Positions 17,087 through 27,600 of a stretch of DNA of 64,000 nucleotides are shown in pieces; within the stretch, counting starts at the first letter, position 1, and each line of letters starts with the position of its first letter. The position numbers and the translations under genes were made by a program. Origin of the DNA: Candidatus Brocadiia bacterium (GTDB lineage Bacteria > Planctomycetota > Brocadiia > CAIUPP01); the NCBI GenBank assembly GCA_050015075.1, contig JBEKCB010000020.1:1-64000 (forward strand), given 5' to 3'. A model generated the notes under the pieces. It did no database searches. It saw nothing but the letters and a program-made list of their open reading frames with translations, and was not told where the DNA came from.

Positions 17087-18745
17087 ATGGCGGCCAAGGA
17101 TCAGGCTGGGTTCCGCGAAATTACAGCGGAGCTTCTGTACACACCGCTGCGCATGCGTTGCGCTCACCTCGCACGGCTCGAGAAGCTCATCCCCGAACTC
17201 GTCGCCGACCGCATGTACACCTACGAGTACATCTTCCACCGCATCACTCTGTTCAATCCCGACTCCAACGGCATGGCGGTTTTCTCCGGGCGCGCGCTTT
17301 GCTGCGGCCTCGGCGCGCTCCTGCGCGATCTCACCCGCCAGGCGCCGCTGGAGGCGGCCGGGAAGGGCGGCGCGGATGAGGACGACGCCGTGTTGCCTCT
17401 GCGCGAGGCAGCGGCGGCGTGCGGCGTTTCGCCCAACACCGTCTGGCGATGGGGCGCCGCCGGGCTGCCGATCAGCTTCTACGTGCTGCCGGACCGCAGC
17501 CGGACCTGGGGCGTGCGGCGCGGGGCGCTCAAGAAGTTCCTCGCGTCGCGGCCTTCGCGCTCGGCCCGGCACGGCAAGCGCATCACCGAAGAGCAGAGGC
17601 GCGCGCTCCTGGCCGAGGCGCACGAACTGGCCGGAAAGAATGTCGCCCGGCCCGAGATCGTCCGCCGGCTGGCCGAGGGCATGGGGCTGCCGGCCGCGAG
17701 CGTCCGGCGCCTGCTGCGCCAGGAACGCTCTCCGGCCGGAGACGCCGACAACCGCCTGAGCGCGGACTGCGAAGAGATGGTGCGGCTGTATCGAAGCGGC
17801 GTGCCGGTGCAGGACATCGCCCGGCGCTTCAGCCGCACGCCGGCCTCGATCTACCGCTCGCTCCACCACGCGCTGATGGAGATGGTGCTCAGCTTCCGCG
17901 TGAAGTACATCCCGAACCCCGTCTTCGCCGCTCCGGACGCGGACGAAATCTGCCTGGGCGACGAAAAGCTCTTCACGTACCCGCCGGAGCCGCCGCCGGG
18001 CATGCTCGAACCGCCGGAAGGCATTCCGCCCTACCTGGCGGAGTTGTACGGCATCCCGCTCCTCTCCCGCGAGCGCGAGAAGGAGCTGTTCCGCAAGTAC
18101 AATTACATCAAGTACCGCGCGGCGATGCTGCAGGAGAAGATCCGGCGGACCGGCTACCGAGCCGGGATGCTCGAGCGCTTCGAGGAGTTGAGGGAGGCCG
18201 CGGCGCAGATCCGGCGGATCCTCATCCGCTGCAACCTGCGGCTGGTCGTGAGCGTCGCCAAGCGCCACATCGGCCCGCTGGCGACCCTCTCCGACCTGAC
18301 CAGCGAAGGGAACCTGTGCCTGATCCGCGCGGTGGAGTGCTACGACTTCAGCCGCGAGGCGCGCTTCGCGACCTACGCGACGTGGGCGCTGACAAAGCAT
18401 TTCGCGCGGGTCGTGCCGGAGGAGAACTATCGCATGTCGGCCTTCGTGACCGGGCAGCAGGCCCGGCTCGACGCGGCCGGCGACGCCCGCGAAACCTCGT
18501 CCGAGCGCACGGAATTGACCGAGCACATCCGGGCGGTCCTCGACCGGGCCATCGTCCATCTCAGCGAACGCGAGCGGACGATCATCGCCTCGCGCTTCGG
18601 CACGCGGGGCCAGCCGGCGAAGACGCTGGAGGAGATCGGCCAACTCATCGGGCTGACGCGCGAGCGCGTGCGCCAGATCGAGGCGCGCGCCCTCGAAAAA
18701 CTCCGCGCCGCCATCGGCCCGGAGGCGATCGAGGGGGTCACCTGA
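17087..18745 (+). CDS. Sigma-70 family factor with a long multi-HTH N-terminal extension (Planctomycete type)
   Basis: Region 1.2 (YL..L..IPLLSRERE), region 2 (NLRLVVSVAK...EGNL.LIRAVE.YD...FATYATW) and region 4 (TLEEIGQLIGLTRERVRQIE). Confidence 0.88.
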   Translation: MAAKDQAGFREITAELLYTPLRMRCAHLARLEKLIPELVADRMYTYEYIFHRITLFNPDSNGMAVFSGRALCCGLGALLRDLTRQAPLEAAGKGGADEDDAVLPLREAAAACGVSPNTVWRWGAAGLPISFYVLPDRSRTWGVRRGALKKFLASRPSRSARHGKRITEEQRRALLAEAHELAGKNVARPEIVRRLAEGMGLPAASVRRLLRQERSPAGDADNRLSADCEEMVRLYRSGVPVQDIARRFSRTPASIYRSLHHALMEMVLSFRVKYIPNPVFAAPDADEICLGDEKLFTYPPEPPPGMLEPPEGIPPYLAELYGIPLLSREREKELFRKYNYIKYRAAMLQEKIRRTGYRAGMLERFEELREAAAQIRRILIRCNLRLVVSVAKRHIGPLATLSDLTSEGNLCLIRAVECYDFSREARFATYATWALTKHFARVVPEENYRMSAFVTGQQARLDAAGDARETSSERTELTEHIRAVLDRAIVHLSERERTIIASRFGTRGQPAKTLEEIGQLIGLTRERVRQIEARALEKLRAAIGPEAIEGVT

Positions 18746-19048
18746 GCGCGCGTCCGCTTCGGAGAGTCCGCCGAGTTTCCGCTTATCCCTGCTTTGCCCC
18801 AAGGCGCGCGTCTGAACACCACCTGGTCAAGGGTCAAGCCCGTCCGAGAGCGAGTCTCGCTCAGTGCTCGCTCTGGCGAATGAGACGTCCACCGATCGCC
18901 GAGAGCATCGCTGGATACGTAACGTAACCAGCCGCCAGGTGCGTATCGTAACCAGTTGGCGATCACGGCTTTTCCTTGGTCGAGATCGCCGGACCAGTTG
19001 AACAACGACGTTGCTTTAGGGACAATGTGGTTTGAACCCTGAAGGGGA

Positions 19049-20992
19049 ATGTTTACGCTGTCTGGGGTGGGAAGAGGCATCCTGTTGACTGAGCGTCATC
19101 GCGATATCCGGTTCGTGCTGTGCCTGTGCGCGATTGTGGCGATTCCCTTCCTGCCCGCGCTCGGCGGCGCCTTCACCAATTGGGACGACGACGTCAATGT
19201 CACGAACAATCCCTATGTCCACGCCGGCCTCCACGACGGCCTGCTGCCGCTGCTGAGCCGGCCTTATTGGCACCTCTACGTCCCGGTCACTTACGCCTTG
19301 TTCTGGGCGGGTTATCATTTGTGGGGCAACGCCGCGGCCGGGTACCACGCCCTGAACCTGGTGTGCCATCTCGTCAGCGCCGTGCTGTTCTATCAGATCC
19401 TGAAATCCATCCTGAAGAGCCGTTGGGCGGCGGTGCTGGCCTGCGCCTGGTGGGCGCTCCAGCCGCTCCAGGTCGAGCCGGTCGCCTGGATCACCGGCCT
19501 GAAGGACGTGCTCAGCGGCATGCTCGCGCTGGCCTGCTGGCGCTTGTACATCGCTTGGCGCGAGCAGCCGGCGGACTCCTCTCTGCCCGCCGAAGCGGCG
19601 GAACTGCGAAGAGCGGGTGTTTCGGCGGCCGCGCGGCGCCGGCTGCTGTTCTGCGCCTCGTGGCTGGCGTTCCTGCTGGCCTGCCAGGCCAAGCCGAACG
19701 TGGTGCTGTTCCCGCTGGTGCTGGCGGGATACGACCTGCTGATCGGCGGCCGGAAGTGGTGCGAACTGGCTCCGCTGGCGCTGTTCCTGGCCGTGAGCCT
19801 GCTGACCGTCGGCATCACCTTGAAGGTCCAACAGCCCGAGCAGGGCGGCGTGCACCTCCCTGGCGGCGTTGTGCCCAGGCTCCTGATCATGGCGGATTCC
19901 GCGGCGTTCTACCTGGAGAAGCTCTCCTGGCCCGCTTCGCTCTGCCCGGTCTACGCGCGAGGCATCGAGCACGGCCTGCGCATGCCCGAGGCCGCGATCC
20001 GCGTCGCGGCCCTGTGCGCCGCGGTCCTGATCGTTCTCTGGCTGGGGCGGCGCTGGTGGCTGGGCGCGATTGTCTTTGTGGCGGGCTGGGCCCCGATTTC
20101 AGGGTTGGTGCCGTTCGGCTACCTGGCCGTTTCCTCGGTGGCCGACCGCTATGCCTATCTGCCCGCGCTCGGCGCGGCGCTGGCGGTCGGAGACCTGATC
20201 TCGCGTTTCGATCACGGGAAAGACGGCCCTGCGGAGTGGCCCGGCATGCTGGCGCGCGGCCTGGCATGCCTCTGGATTCTAGTCTTCGCAGTCCTCACCT
20301 GGTCGCAGATCGCCGTCTGGCACAATTCCGTCGCGCTTTGGGAATGGACCCTCGACTGCAATCCGCATCCCGGCGCGCGGGTGCTGGCGAATTACGGGAG
20401 CGCGCTGTACCACCGCAGCGAGGAGCTTTCCCTCGACGGGCGCGCGGATGATGCGCGGCATACGCTCAACGACGCCTCGAATGTCCTCCAGGGATGCGTC
20501 AGCGAGTACCCGGACCACGCGCCGGGTCATTATAACCTCGCCCTGGTGCTGCAGGCGCGGGGCGATTACGCGGCCGCCCGGGCGGAGTGCCTGGCGGCGC
20601 TCGATGAGGACTCGACGCACGCTGACTACTGGGTGGCGCTGGGCGCGATGGACGCGGCGATGAAGGACTATGCCGGGTGCGTCGAGGCTTCGCAGCGCGC
20701 GCTGAGCCTGGAACCGCGCAACGCGATGGCGGCGCTGAAGCTGGGGCTCGCCGAGGCGGCTTTGAATCGGCCCGTCGAGGCGGCGAGGGCGCTGGCGATC
20801 GTGGTGGAGGCGGACCCGGAGGATTATGAAACGCGATTCAACCTCGCCGTCGCGCTCCAGAGGTCGGGTCGCGCCGCCGAGGCGCGCGCCGAGTTTTCCA
20901 AAGTCGCCGCTGCGCCCGTGGACAAGGTCAACCAGACTCTGCGGGCCGCCGCGGTGGCCGGCATCAACGCTCTCGCCGGAGTTGACCGCTGA
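19049..20992 (+). CDS. TMTC-like GT-C membrane protein with C-terminal TPRs
   Basis: Contains NWDD, YVPVT, YHALNL..H, P...EPVAWI and ADRYAYLP, followed by TPRs. Start uncertain. Confidence 0.8.
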   Translation: MFTLSGVGRGILLTERHRDIRFVLCLCAIVAIPFLPALGGAFTNWDDDVNVTNNPYVHAGLHDGLLPLLSRPYWHLYVPVTYALFWAGYHLWGNAAAGYHALNLVCHLVSAVLFYQILKSILKSRWAAVLACAWWALQPLQVEPVAWITGLKDVLSGMLALACWRLYIAWREQPADSSLPAEAAELRRAGVSAAARRRLLFCASWLAFLLACQAKPNVVLFPLVLAGYDLLIGGRKWCELAPLALFLAVSLLTVGITLKVQQPEQGGVHLPGGVVPRLLIMADSAAFYLEKLSWPASLCPVYARGIEHGLRMPEAAIRVAALCAAVLIVLWLGRRWWLGAIVFVAGWAPISGLVPFGYLAVSSVADRYAYLPALGAALAVGDLISRFDHGKDGPAEWPGMLARGLACLWILVFAVLTWSQIAVWHNSVALWEWTLDCNPHPGARVLANYGSALYHRSEELSLDGRADDARHTLNDASNVLQGCVSEYPDHAPGHYNLALVLQARGDYAAARAECLAALDEDSTHADYWVALGAMDAAMKDYAGCVEASQRALSLEPRNAMAALKLGLAEAALNRPVEAARALAIVVEADPEDYETRFNLAVALQRSGRAAEARAEFSKVAAAPVDKVNQTLRAAAVAGINALAGVDR

Positions 20993-21007
20993 CGCCGAGC
21001 GGGGCGG

Positions 21008-21373
21008 TCAACGTCCGCGCTTCGATCGCCGCATTTCCCGGAGCACCTCTTCGCGCGTGCGCAAGGCGCCGCGCTCGATCTGCCGCGCGACCTCGTCCTC
21101 CAGCCAGCCTTCCTCGGAAGGCTTGTAGCCGCGCAGTCCGCGCACATAAGGGCAGCTTGCGGGGAAGACGCCGAACTGGATGCCCTGCTCCACGTCGAGG
21201 CAGCGCGGGTTGACCTGGAACCTCGTCTCGTACACGGTGCACAGGTTGGTCTGGACGTCGAGGTACGGGCAGGGCGTGCGGCGTGTGAAGACGCAGCCGT
21301 CCACGATGAACTTCTCGTAGCAGCATCGCCCGCAGCGCCGGCAGAGCGCCTCATGAGCCGCTGATGTTGGCAT
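21008..21373 (-). CDS. Cys-cluster (YkgJ/CxxCxxCC-type) protein
   Basis: CRRCGRCC...CPYLD...CTVYETR...C..CPY. Confidence 0.75.
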   Translation of the reverse strand: MPTSAAHEALCRRCGRCCYEKFIVDGCVFTRRTPCPYLDVQTNLCTVYETRFQVNPRCLDVEQGIQFGVFPASCPYVRGLRGYKPSEEGWLEDEVARQIERGALRTREEVLREMRRSKRGR

Positions 21374-21391
21374 GATTAACGACCAGTTTTT

Positions 21392-21509
21392 GCCACGGAT
21401 GGCACGGATTACACGGATTTCCACGGATTAACGGAAAACGGAGATAAGGGCCGTTTCAATCATAGAAGCTGTTCGTCGGTAATCCGTGGGAATCCGTGAA
21501 ATCCGTGGC
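21392..21509. repeat. Gene-less CACGGAT/ATCCGTG inverted array pair
   Basis: GCCACGGATGGCACGGATTACACGGATTTCCACGGATT ... AATCCGTGGGAATCCGTGAAATCCGTGGC; same unit as the arrays around the GxxExxY gene. Confidence 0.85.
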
Positions 21510-21511
21510 GA

Positions 21512-21937
21512 CTATGTCTTTGTTTTCTTCAGCTCGTCGCTGATCTTTTTGCGCCAGGCTTCCTGCTCGCCCGGCGCATACTGGCCGGGGCTCCAGTGGA
21601 ACGAGTAGCCGTCGCCGTTATGCCGCGGGATGATGTGGATGTGGACGTGGGAGACCGTCTGCCCGGAGCAGCGGCCGTTGGTCTGGAAGATGTTGAAGCC
21701 GTCGGCGCGCGCGGCGGCGACGGCGGCGCGGGCCAGGCGGGGCAGCGCCGCGGCGAGGTCGGCCGCCGCCTCGTCCGGCAGGTCCGTCAGGCGCTCGTAG
21801 TGCTTCTTCGGGATGAGCAGCACGTGTCCGGGCTGCACCGGGTTGAGGTCCATGAAGGCGAGCTTGGCCGCGTCTTCATAGACCTTCGCCGACGGGATTT
21901 CCCCCGCAACGATCTTACAGAAGATGCAGTCGGCCAT
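21512..21937 (-). CDS. HIT family nucleotide hydrolase
   Basis: Contains CIFCKIVAGEIP, GHVLLIPKKH and HVHIHIIPR. Confidence 0.93.
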   Translation of the reverse strand: MADCIFCKIVAGEIPSAKVYEDAAKLAFMDLNPVQPGHVLLIPKKHYERLTDLPDEAAADLAAALPRLARAAVAAARADGFNIFQTNGRCSGQTVSHVHIHIIPRHNGDGYSFHWSPGQYAPGEQEAWRKKISDELKKTKT

Positions 21938-21964
21938 GATACGCCTCCGAGACGGACAGGGCGG

Positions 21965-23401
21965 TTACGAAGAAGGCGCGAGGAAACGCAGCGACTGGAT
22001 CGTGTCGCGCACGATCTTGATGTCGCCCAGGTAGGGCGATCTGGCCACCGCCGTCTTGGCGGTCAGTTCGACCAGGTCCGCGGTGATGAGGGACTTCGGC
22101 AGGCAGATCTGGACGGGATGTTCCGGCGGCGGCAGCGTCTCGCGCTCGGCCTTGCCGATGCTGACGGAGACCACTTTCTCGGCGGGGACGGAGAGCGGTT
22201 TGTCCGCGAAATTCGTCTTGACGGTGAACGCGCCGTCCGCGAGCTCGATGCTTTGCGCGTGCATGCGTTCACCGTTCTGGTAGAAGATCGTCTCGAACTT
22301 CGGGTCGGCGTCCTCGATCACTTTCCCCGGGGCCACCACGCCATCCAGCACGGAGAACGACTTGAGGTCGCAATTGTCCCGGAAGGTGCTGAAGACGACG
22401 AACTTGCCCTGTTTCGGGCCGCCGGGAGCCTTCGTCTCGTTGACGAGCTGGCCGTTGACCCAGAGCTTGACATCCGTCGTGGCCGGATCGTACGCGAAGC
22501 GGACCTCCTGGGTCTCCGCGGGCTTCGCGGGAAGGCCGGCGACAATCGCGTTGTGCTGCGCGTCGGTGGCTTTCAATGCGATGATCGAATAGCCGTTCTG
22601 CGCGAGACCGAGGATGACGGCGTTCCCTTCGACGCCGAAGCCGCTGCGCGCGCCGTTGCGCAGCGGCATCTCGCTATCGCCTCGGCCGGGCTCGTCGGCG
22701 AAGAGGCTCAGGCTCCAGCTCTGGCCCATGCGGGCGAAGTCAATGACGGCCGTGACGGCGCCGCTCTGGTCGAGTGGCAGCGTCGCCGTGAAGGGAAAAC
22801 TGGTGATGCGCAGCGCGCCGCCGGCGATCTGCCAGGCGCCGCGGTCAATCTGCAGCGGCCCCGGCTGGCCGGTGGTGAAATTGGTGCGCGCGAGGGCGTC
22901 CACGCTGCCCTGGAACCACATTTGCTTGATGCTGCGCTTGCTGATCTTGATGAAGCCGACCGCGGTGCTGTCGAAGGCGACGTCCTCGGGCGTCATGCCC
23001 TCGATCTTGCCGAAGAGGCGGTCGTCGTTCGTCAGGACAACCAGGTCCCGCCCGCTCTCGACGATGCTGCCGGCGGGGAACTGGATGTCGCGGACCGCCT
23101 CGGTGAAGATGCCGACTTCCTGGTCGAAGAAGGGGCCGGAGAACCGGACCACGCCGTTGGCGATGCTGTTGACCGATCCGGTCAGCCGGTCGCCGGCGCG
23201 CCCGAAAATCGTGGTGCCGAGCTGCGCGGCGGGGACGGCGCCGGGATCGAAGGAATCTTCCGAGCCGCGCGGCTTCGGGACGAAGATGCCCCCGCCGGGC
23301 GCGGCGGGACTCTGCGCCGATGCGGGGTTGACCGCGAAAATCTGGCAGGCGGCCGCGACGACCACCGGAAGGACGAACCCGACGATAGCATGACGTTGCA
23401 C
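21965..23401 (-). CDS. Secreted hypothetical protein with repeated NGD-type beta modules (paralog of 35214 and 53478)
   Basis: Signal peptide; GDRLTG, NDDRLFG and NGERM motifs; shares LPLDQ.G.VT and GPK.G.(F/Y)V.F with the paralogs. Confidence 0.7.
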   Translation of the reverse strand: MQRHAIVGFVLPVVVAAACQIFAVNPASAQSPAAPGGGIFVPKPRGSEDSFDPGAVPAAQLGTTIFGRAGDRLTGSVNSIANGVVRFSGPFFDQEVGIFTEAVRDIQFPAGSIVESGRDLVVLTNDDRLFGKIEGMTPEDVAFDSTAVGFIKISKRSIKQMWFQGSVDALARTNFTTGQPGPLQIDRGAWQIAGGALRITSFPFTATLPLDQSGAVTAVIDFARMGQSWSLSLFADEPGRGDSEMPLRNGARSGFGVEGNAVILGLAQNGYSIIALKATDAQHNAIVAGLPAKPAETQEVRFAYDPATTDVKLWVNGQLVNETKAPGGPKQGKFVVFSTFRDNCDLKSFSVLDGVVAPGKVIEDADPKFETIFYQNGERMHAQSIELADGAFTVKTNFADKPLSVPAEKVVSVSIGKAERETLPPPEHPVQICLPKSLITADLVELTAKTAVARSPYLGDIKIVRDTIQSLRFLAPSS

Positions 23402-23435
23402 GCGGATGACTCCCCAATAACAAGCTGTTCTGGCG

Positions 23436-23626
23436 TAGTGTCCCGAAAATATCATACCGAAGTCCAGCCCGCGTCATGCTGCGCGCAGCCCTTCGGCCGC
23501 GAGCTCAGGGCCGAACGGCGAAGCATCTCACATCTTAAACCGTTGCCGGCGCGCGGCGTATGAGATTCTTCGCGTCGCTCAGGATGACCGCGCATTATGC
23601 AACTTATTTTCGGGGCGCCTCACTAG
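23436..23626. mobile_element. MITE-like element enclosing a REP doublet
   Basis: Ends TAGTGTCCCGAAAATA and TATTTTCGGGGCGCCTCACTAG are imperfectly inverted. Related left ends occur at 30748 and 41261. Confidence 0.55.
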
Positions 23627-23639
23627 CCCCGCCCGAACG

Positions 23640-24623
23640 CTATCTCTGGTAAATCGGCAAGTAATAGTAATTCACTTCGAGCGCGAGAAGGTTGAAGGCC
23701 GTCGGCAGCGTGGGGCCGATCGTCTGGTCAATCCAGGACTCGTCCGGCTGCTGGGCGTTCAGGATGACCGGGGTCTGGACGTCGTTCCATTTCTTCCAGT
23801 ACCGGCCGCCGGCCTGGAGCATGGCTTGGGCGCAATAATAGTTGCGATAGGAGAAGTAGGTCAAGCCCCACGGGTTGTTGGCGAGCCAGTCGGCGGTGAC
23901 CTTGGCCTCTTCGGAATGGTACGCGCCGCTGAGACACATGACGAGCAGGCCGATGCCGGAGCGGGCGTCGTTCGGGCCGTTGGGCGCCTGGTATCCGAAA
24001 CCGCCGCCGGGGCAGTACATGGACTTGTAATACTGCACGCCGCGCTGCATGGTCTCGAGCGGCACCTCGATGCCGCCGCTGGCGGCCGCGCGCAGGGCAA
24101 CCATCTGCGCGCCGGAGACGGTGGTGTCCGAGTCCTCCTCGCCCACGTTGTATCGCCAGCCGCCCTGGCGGTTCTGGCTGGTGACGATCAGGCCCACGGC
24201 TTTCTTGAGCGCCGGGCCCAGCTTGGGGTAATCAATCATGCCGTAAACTTCGGCGAGCGCCAGCGTCGCGAAGCCGTGGTTATACATCGGGCTGCCGTTC
24301 GGCCCGCAGAGCAGGCCGTTGGCCTCCTGGTGGCTGACGATGTATTCCACCGCGCGGCGCATGACCAGGCCGTACCTGCCTTCGTCGGGGGTTTCGCCGT
24401 GCGCCAGGAAGGCCAGCAGGTGCAGTCCGACGACGCCGCAGCCCTGTCCGTTGGGCGGCGGCCAGGAGCCGTCGGCGTTCTGCGTGCGGGCGAGGAACTC
24501 CAGCCCGCGGCTGACGGCCTTCTCGATATCGTCGGTCACGCGCAGGTCCATCTCCTGCGCGCAAGCGGCGCCGGCGAAGCAGAACAGGCCGATGACGGCC
24601 ACCCAGATGCGCGCCCTGCTCAC
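23640..24623 (-). CDS. Secreted prenyltransferase/squalene-cyclase-repeat (alpha/alpha-toroid) protein
   Basis: QW-like repeats (LARTQNADGSW, SQNRQGGWRY, AQQPDESW), MYNHGFATLALAE and a signal peptide. Confidence 0.85.
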   Translation of the reverse strand: MSRARIWVAVIGLFCFAGAACAQEMDLRVTDDIEKAVSRGLEFLARTQNADGSWPPPNGQGCGVVGLHLLAFLAHGETPDEGRYGLVMRRAVEYIVSHQEANGLLCGPNGSPMYNHGFATLALAEVYGMIDYPKLGPALKKAVGLIVTSQNRQGGWRYNVGEEDSDTTVSGAQMVALRAAASGGIEVPLETMQRGVQYYKSMYCPGGGFGYQAPNGPNDARSGIGLLVMCLSGAYHSEEAKVTADWLANNPWGLTYFSYRNYYCAQAMLQAGGRYWKKWNDVQTPVILNAQQPDESWIDQTIGPTLPTAFNLLALEVNYYYLPIYQR

Positions 24624-27600
24624 GGTCGGGTCTCCTTGCGGACCTGGTCGAAGTAGGAATTGAGCAGCCCGCGGAACTCGGGCGGGAATTCCGACTCGAA
24701 CCCGGCCGCCAATTTGTCGTCGTACTTCTGCTGAGTCGTGACCTGGTAGCCGGCCGTGTCGAGCCGGGCCGGCTCGAGCGGGCCGTTGGTGCCGCCGTGG
24801 AACCCGCCGCCGTGGTTGGCCTGGGATAACGTGTGCATCGCCTGCATCGCCGACATCGCCTGGGAGGAGCGGCCGCCGTTCTTCTCCTCCTGTTCCTTGA
24901 GCACCGCCTCGAGCACCTGGATGGCCGCGCTCTGGTTCTTGCGCGTTTCCGCGCCGGCGTCGCCGGATTCGAGGGCGGTGTGGCTCAGGTCCATCTTGGC
25001 GCCGGCCATCTCCAGGGTCTGGGCGAGATGGGATTGCTTCGCCTGGAGCTTGCGGGTGATCTTGGTGGTGTCGTAGCGGATGCGGCCCTGGTGGCGGGCG
25101 AGGGCCATGACACGCTCGGGGAACGCGGACGGCGCCTGCATGCGGGCATGGTCGGCGGCGCCCGTGTCGGCGTGGAGCGTTTTCATCTGCCCGATGATCT
25201 TGGCCAGTTGCATCATCTCTTCCAGGGACATCTCCTCGTCATCCTTCTGCTGCTCGTCCATCTGCTGCTCATCTTCCGCGAGGCTCTTGGACGCCTCTTC
25301 GAGCAGTTCGAGGGCCTTCTTGCCGTGTTCGAGGGCCTGCGGGAGCGACGGCACGGGCAGGTCCTGCGCGGCGAGGCCCATCTCGGCGGAGGCCTGGTCG
25401 AGCTTGTCGGCCGTCTCGATCTTGAACAGGCCGAGTTCCTTGAAGAGATCGCGCATGGCGAGCGAATGTTCGCTGACATCCTGTCCCAGCATGCCCTCGC
25501 GCTCGCCGAGCCGGCTGCCGACGATCTTCACCTGGGGCGGCACGGGCGCGGCTGCGGGCGCGGCGGGCGCCGGCGCCGAGTTCTGCGCAACGACGAGCGG
25601 GGCGACCGTCGCCTCGACCCGGACCACTTGCGGCATGCGGGTCACCGTCGCCGAGGCAATCCGAGGCGTCGGCCGGCGGATGACCTGCATTCTGGCCGGC
25701 CCGTTGACGATCACGACCGCGGGCCGCGCCGGTTCGGGATTCATCGCGCCCGAGTCGGAGGGGTTGGGCGCGGGCTTCGGGAGCGGCTCGTCCGGATCGG
25801 CGCCCTTGACGTCGCCGCCGATCAGTTTCTCCGTGCGGGCGTTGATCTCTTTCTGCCGCTTGATGAACTCCTGGAGTTCCTTCGCGGCCTCGCTCATGTC
25901 GTCGGAGGTGCGCAGGGTCTGGGCCACGTCCATGAGCGAATCGGAGATCGCCTGCTGCCGGGGCGTCTGCGCGAAGAGGTTGTTCTCGGAGATCTGCGAG
26001 GCGACCTCTTCGGAGTTTTCGGTCAGGTGGTCATCCTGCATCTGGCTGAGCGCGTCGGAGGCCTTTTCGGCCTCGCTCACGTTCTCCTGGGTCAAATTCT
26101 CGAGGACCTTCTGGATGTCCTTGTCGAGCGTGGCGATGCCGTTGGAGACCAGCTTCTGGAAGCCGGAGAGGCGCACGATCCGGTCGAGGTCGGCCTGCGA
26201 CAGTTCGGAGGCCAGCCGTCCGCCGACTTCCGTGGCGGCCTTGCCGGTGAGGTTGCGGGCATCCGCCTGGTCGCGCGAGAGTTGCTCGGCCTCGTCGGCG
26301 AGGATCTCCAGCAGCTTGCGGCGCTGGATGCGGCTGATCTCCGAGGAGAGTTTCTCCAGGTCCTCGGCGGCTTCTTTCTGCGCTTTCTGGGCGTCCTGGA
26401 GTTGCTGCTTCTGTCCCGAGTCGGGCTTGCCCGCCTTGCTCTGCGCGGCCTTGGCGAGGTTGTCGGAGGCCTGTTTCATGGGCTCGGACTCGGCTTTGTC
26501 CATGCCGGATTCCGCCTTGGTCAGGTCGGAGAGCAGGCCGGCGGGCGTCATCGGGTTATCGCTGAGGTCGGCGATCACCTCGCCCAGTTGGGTCTCGAGG
26601 CCTTTGACCTTGTCGCGGAGTTCCTCCTGGCGCTGCTGCGCGTCGGCGGCCTCGGGGGCCTTGTTGTCCGTGGGCGCGTCCTTCAGTTCGCCGGTCTGCT
26701 TCGCCTCGGCGCCCTGCTTGCGGGAGGCCAGGTCCACCTTGTCCGCGATCTGCAGCAGCCGGTCCAGCATCATGTCCAGGTGATCGGCGTTGCTGATAAT
26801 GTTGATGCGATAGACTTCCGAGTAGCCGTTCCGGAACATCGCCTCGTCGGCGTAGTCGGAAGCCATCGCGCGGATCTCGATGCGGTCGCCGGGGATCGGG
26901 TTGAAGTCCGCGAGCAGCAGGGCGGTGCTTCCTTCGAGCCGCTGCTGGGTCGCCCCGCCCTCGGAGAGTGGGACGGTTTTCCAGTCGTCGAGCGCGGCGT
27001 CCGTCGGGGCCTTGTCGTGCACCAGGCGCGTTTGCAGCTTCAAGTCGCGGACGCCGTAATCGTCGGTCGCGGAGGCGGTGATCGGGACGCTGGCGCCGGG
27101 CAGTTGCGAAAGGTCGGAGCCGGGCTTCGGGATGGTCACCTCCGGCTTCGTGTCGGGCACGACCTTGATCGAGATTATTTCCGGCGCGCGGTTCGTCAGC
27201 CCGAAGCCGTCCTTGAGGGTGATCTTGTAGTCCACGTCCTCCGTCGGCGTCAGCTTGGGAGAGACGAACATGCCGCCTTCGGCCTTCAAGGGATAGGTTT
27301 GGTCGCCGGCGGTCAGCCACGCGCTGCAGACGAGCTTCGGATCATCGCCGCGAACCGCGGGCCGGACCTGAATGACCACGGTCGAAGGCTGCGGGACGCC
27401 GTCCCTTTCGGGTCCGTTGACCACCGTCACCGGGCCCGCGACGCCCTCGACGGTCGTCTCGGGCCGTTCCGTGTAAGCCGGCGGGGTGACGAGGACGGAC
27501 TTTCCGATGAGCGCCGGCGACGGCAGCGTGCGGACGGCGTACCAGGGCGAGACGTTGTCGCCCGCCTTGACGCGATAGCGCAGGTCGTCGAGGAGCGGCG

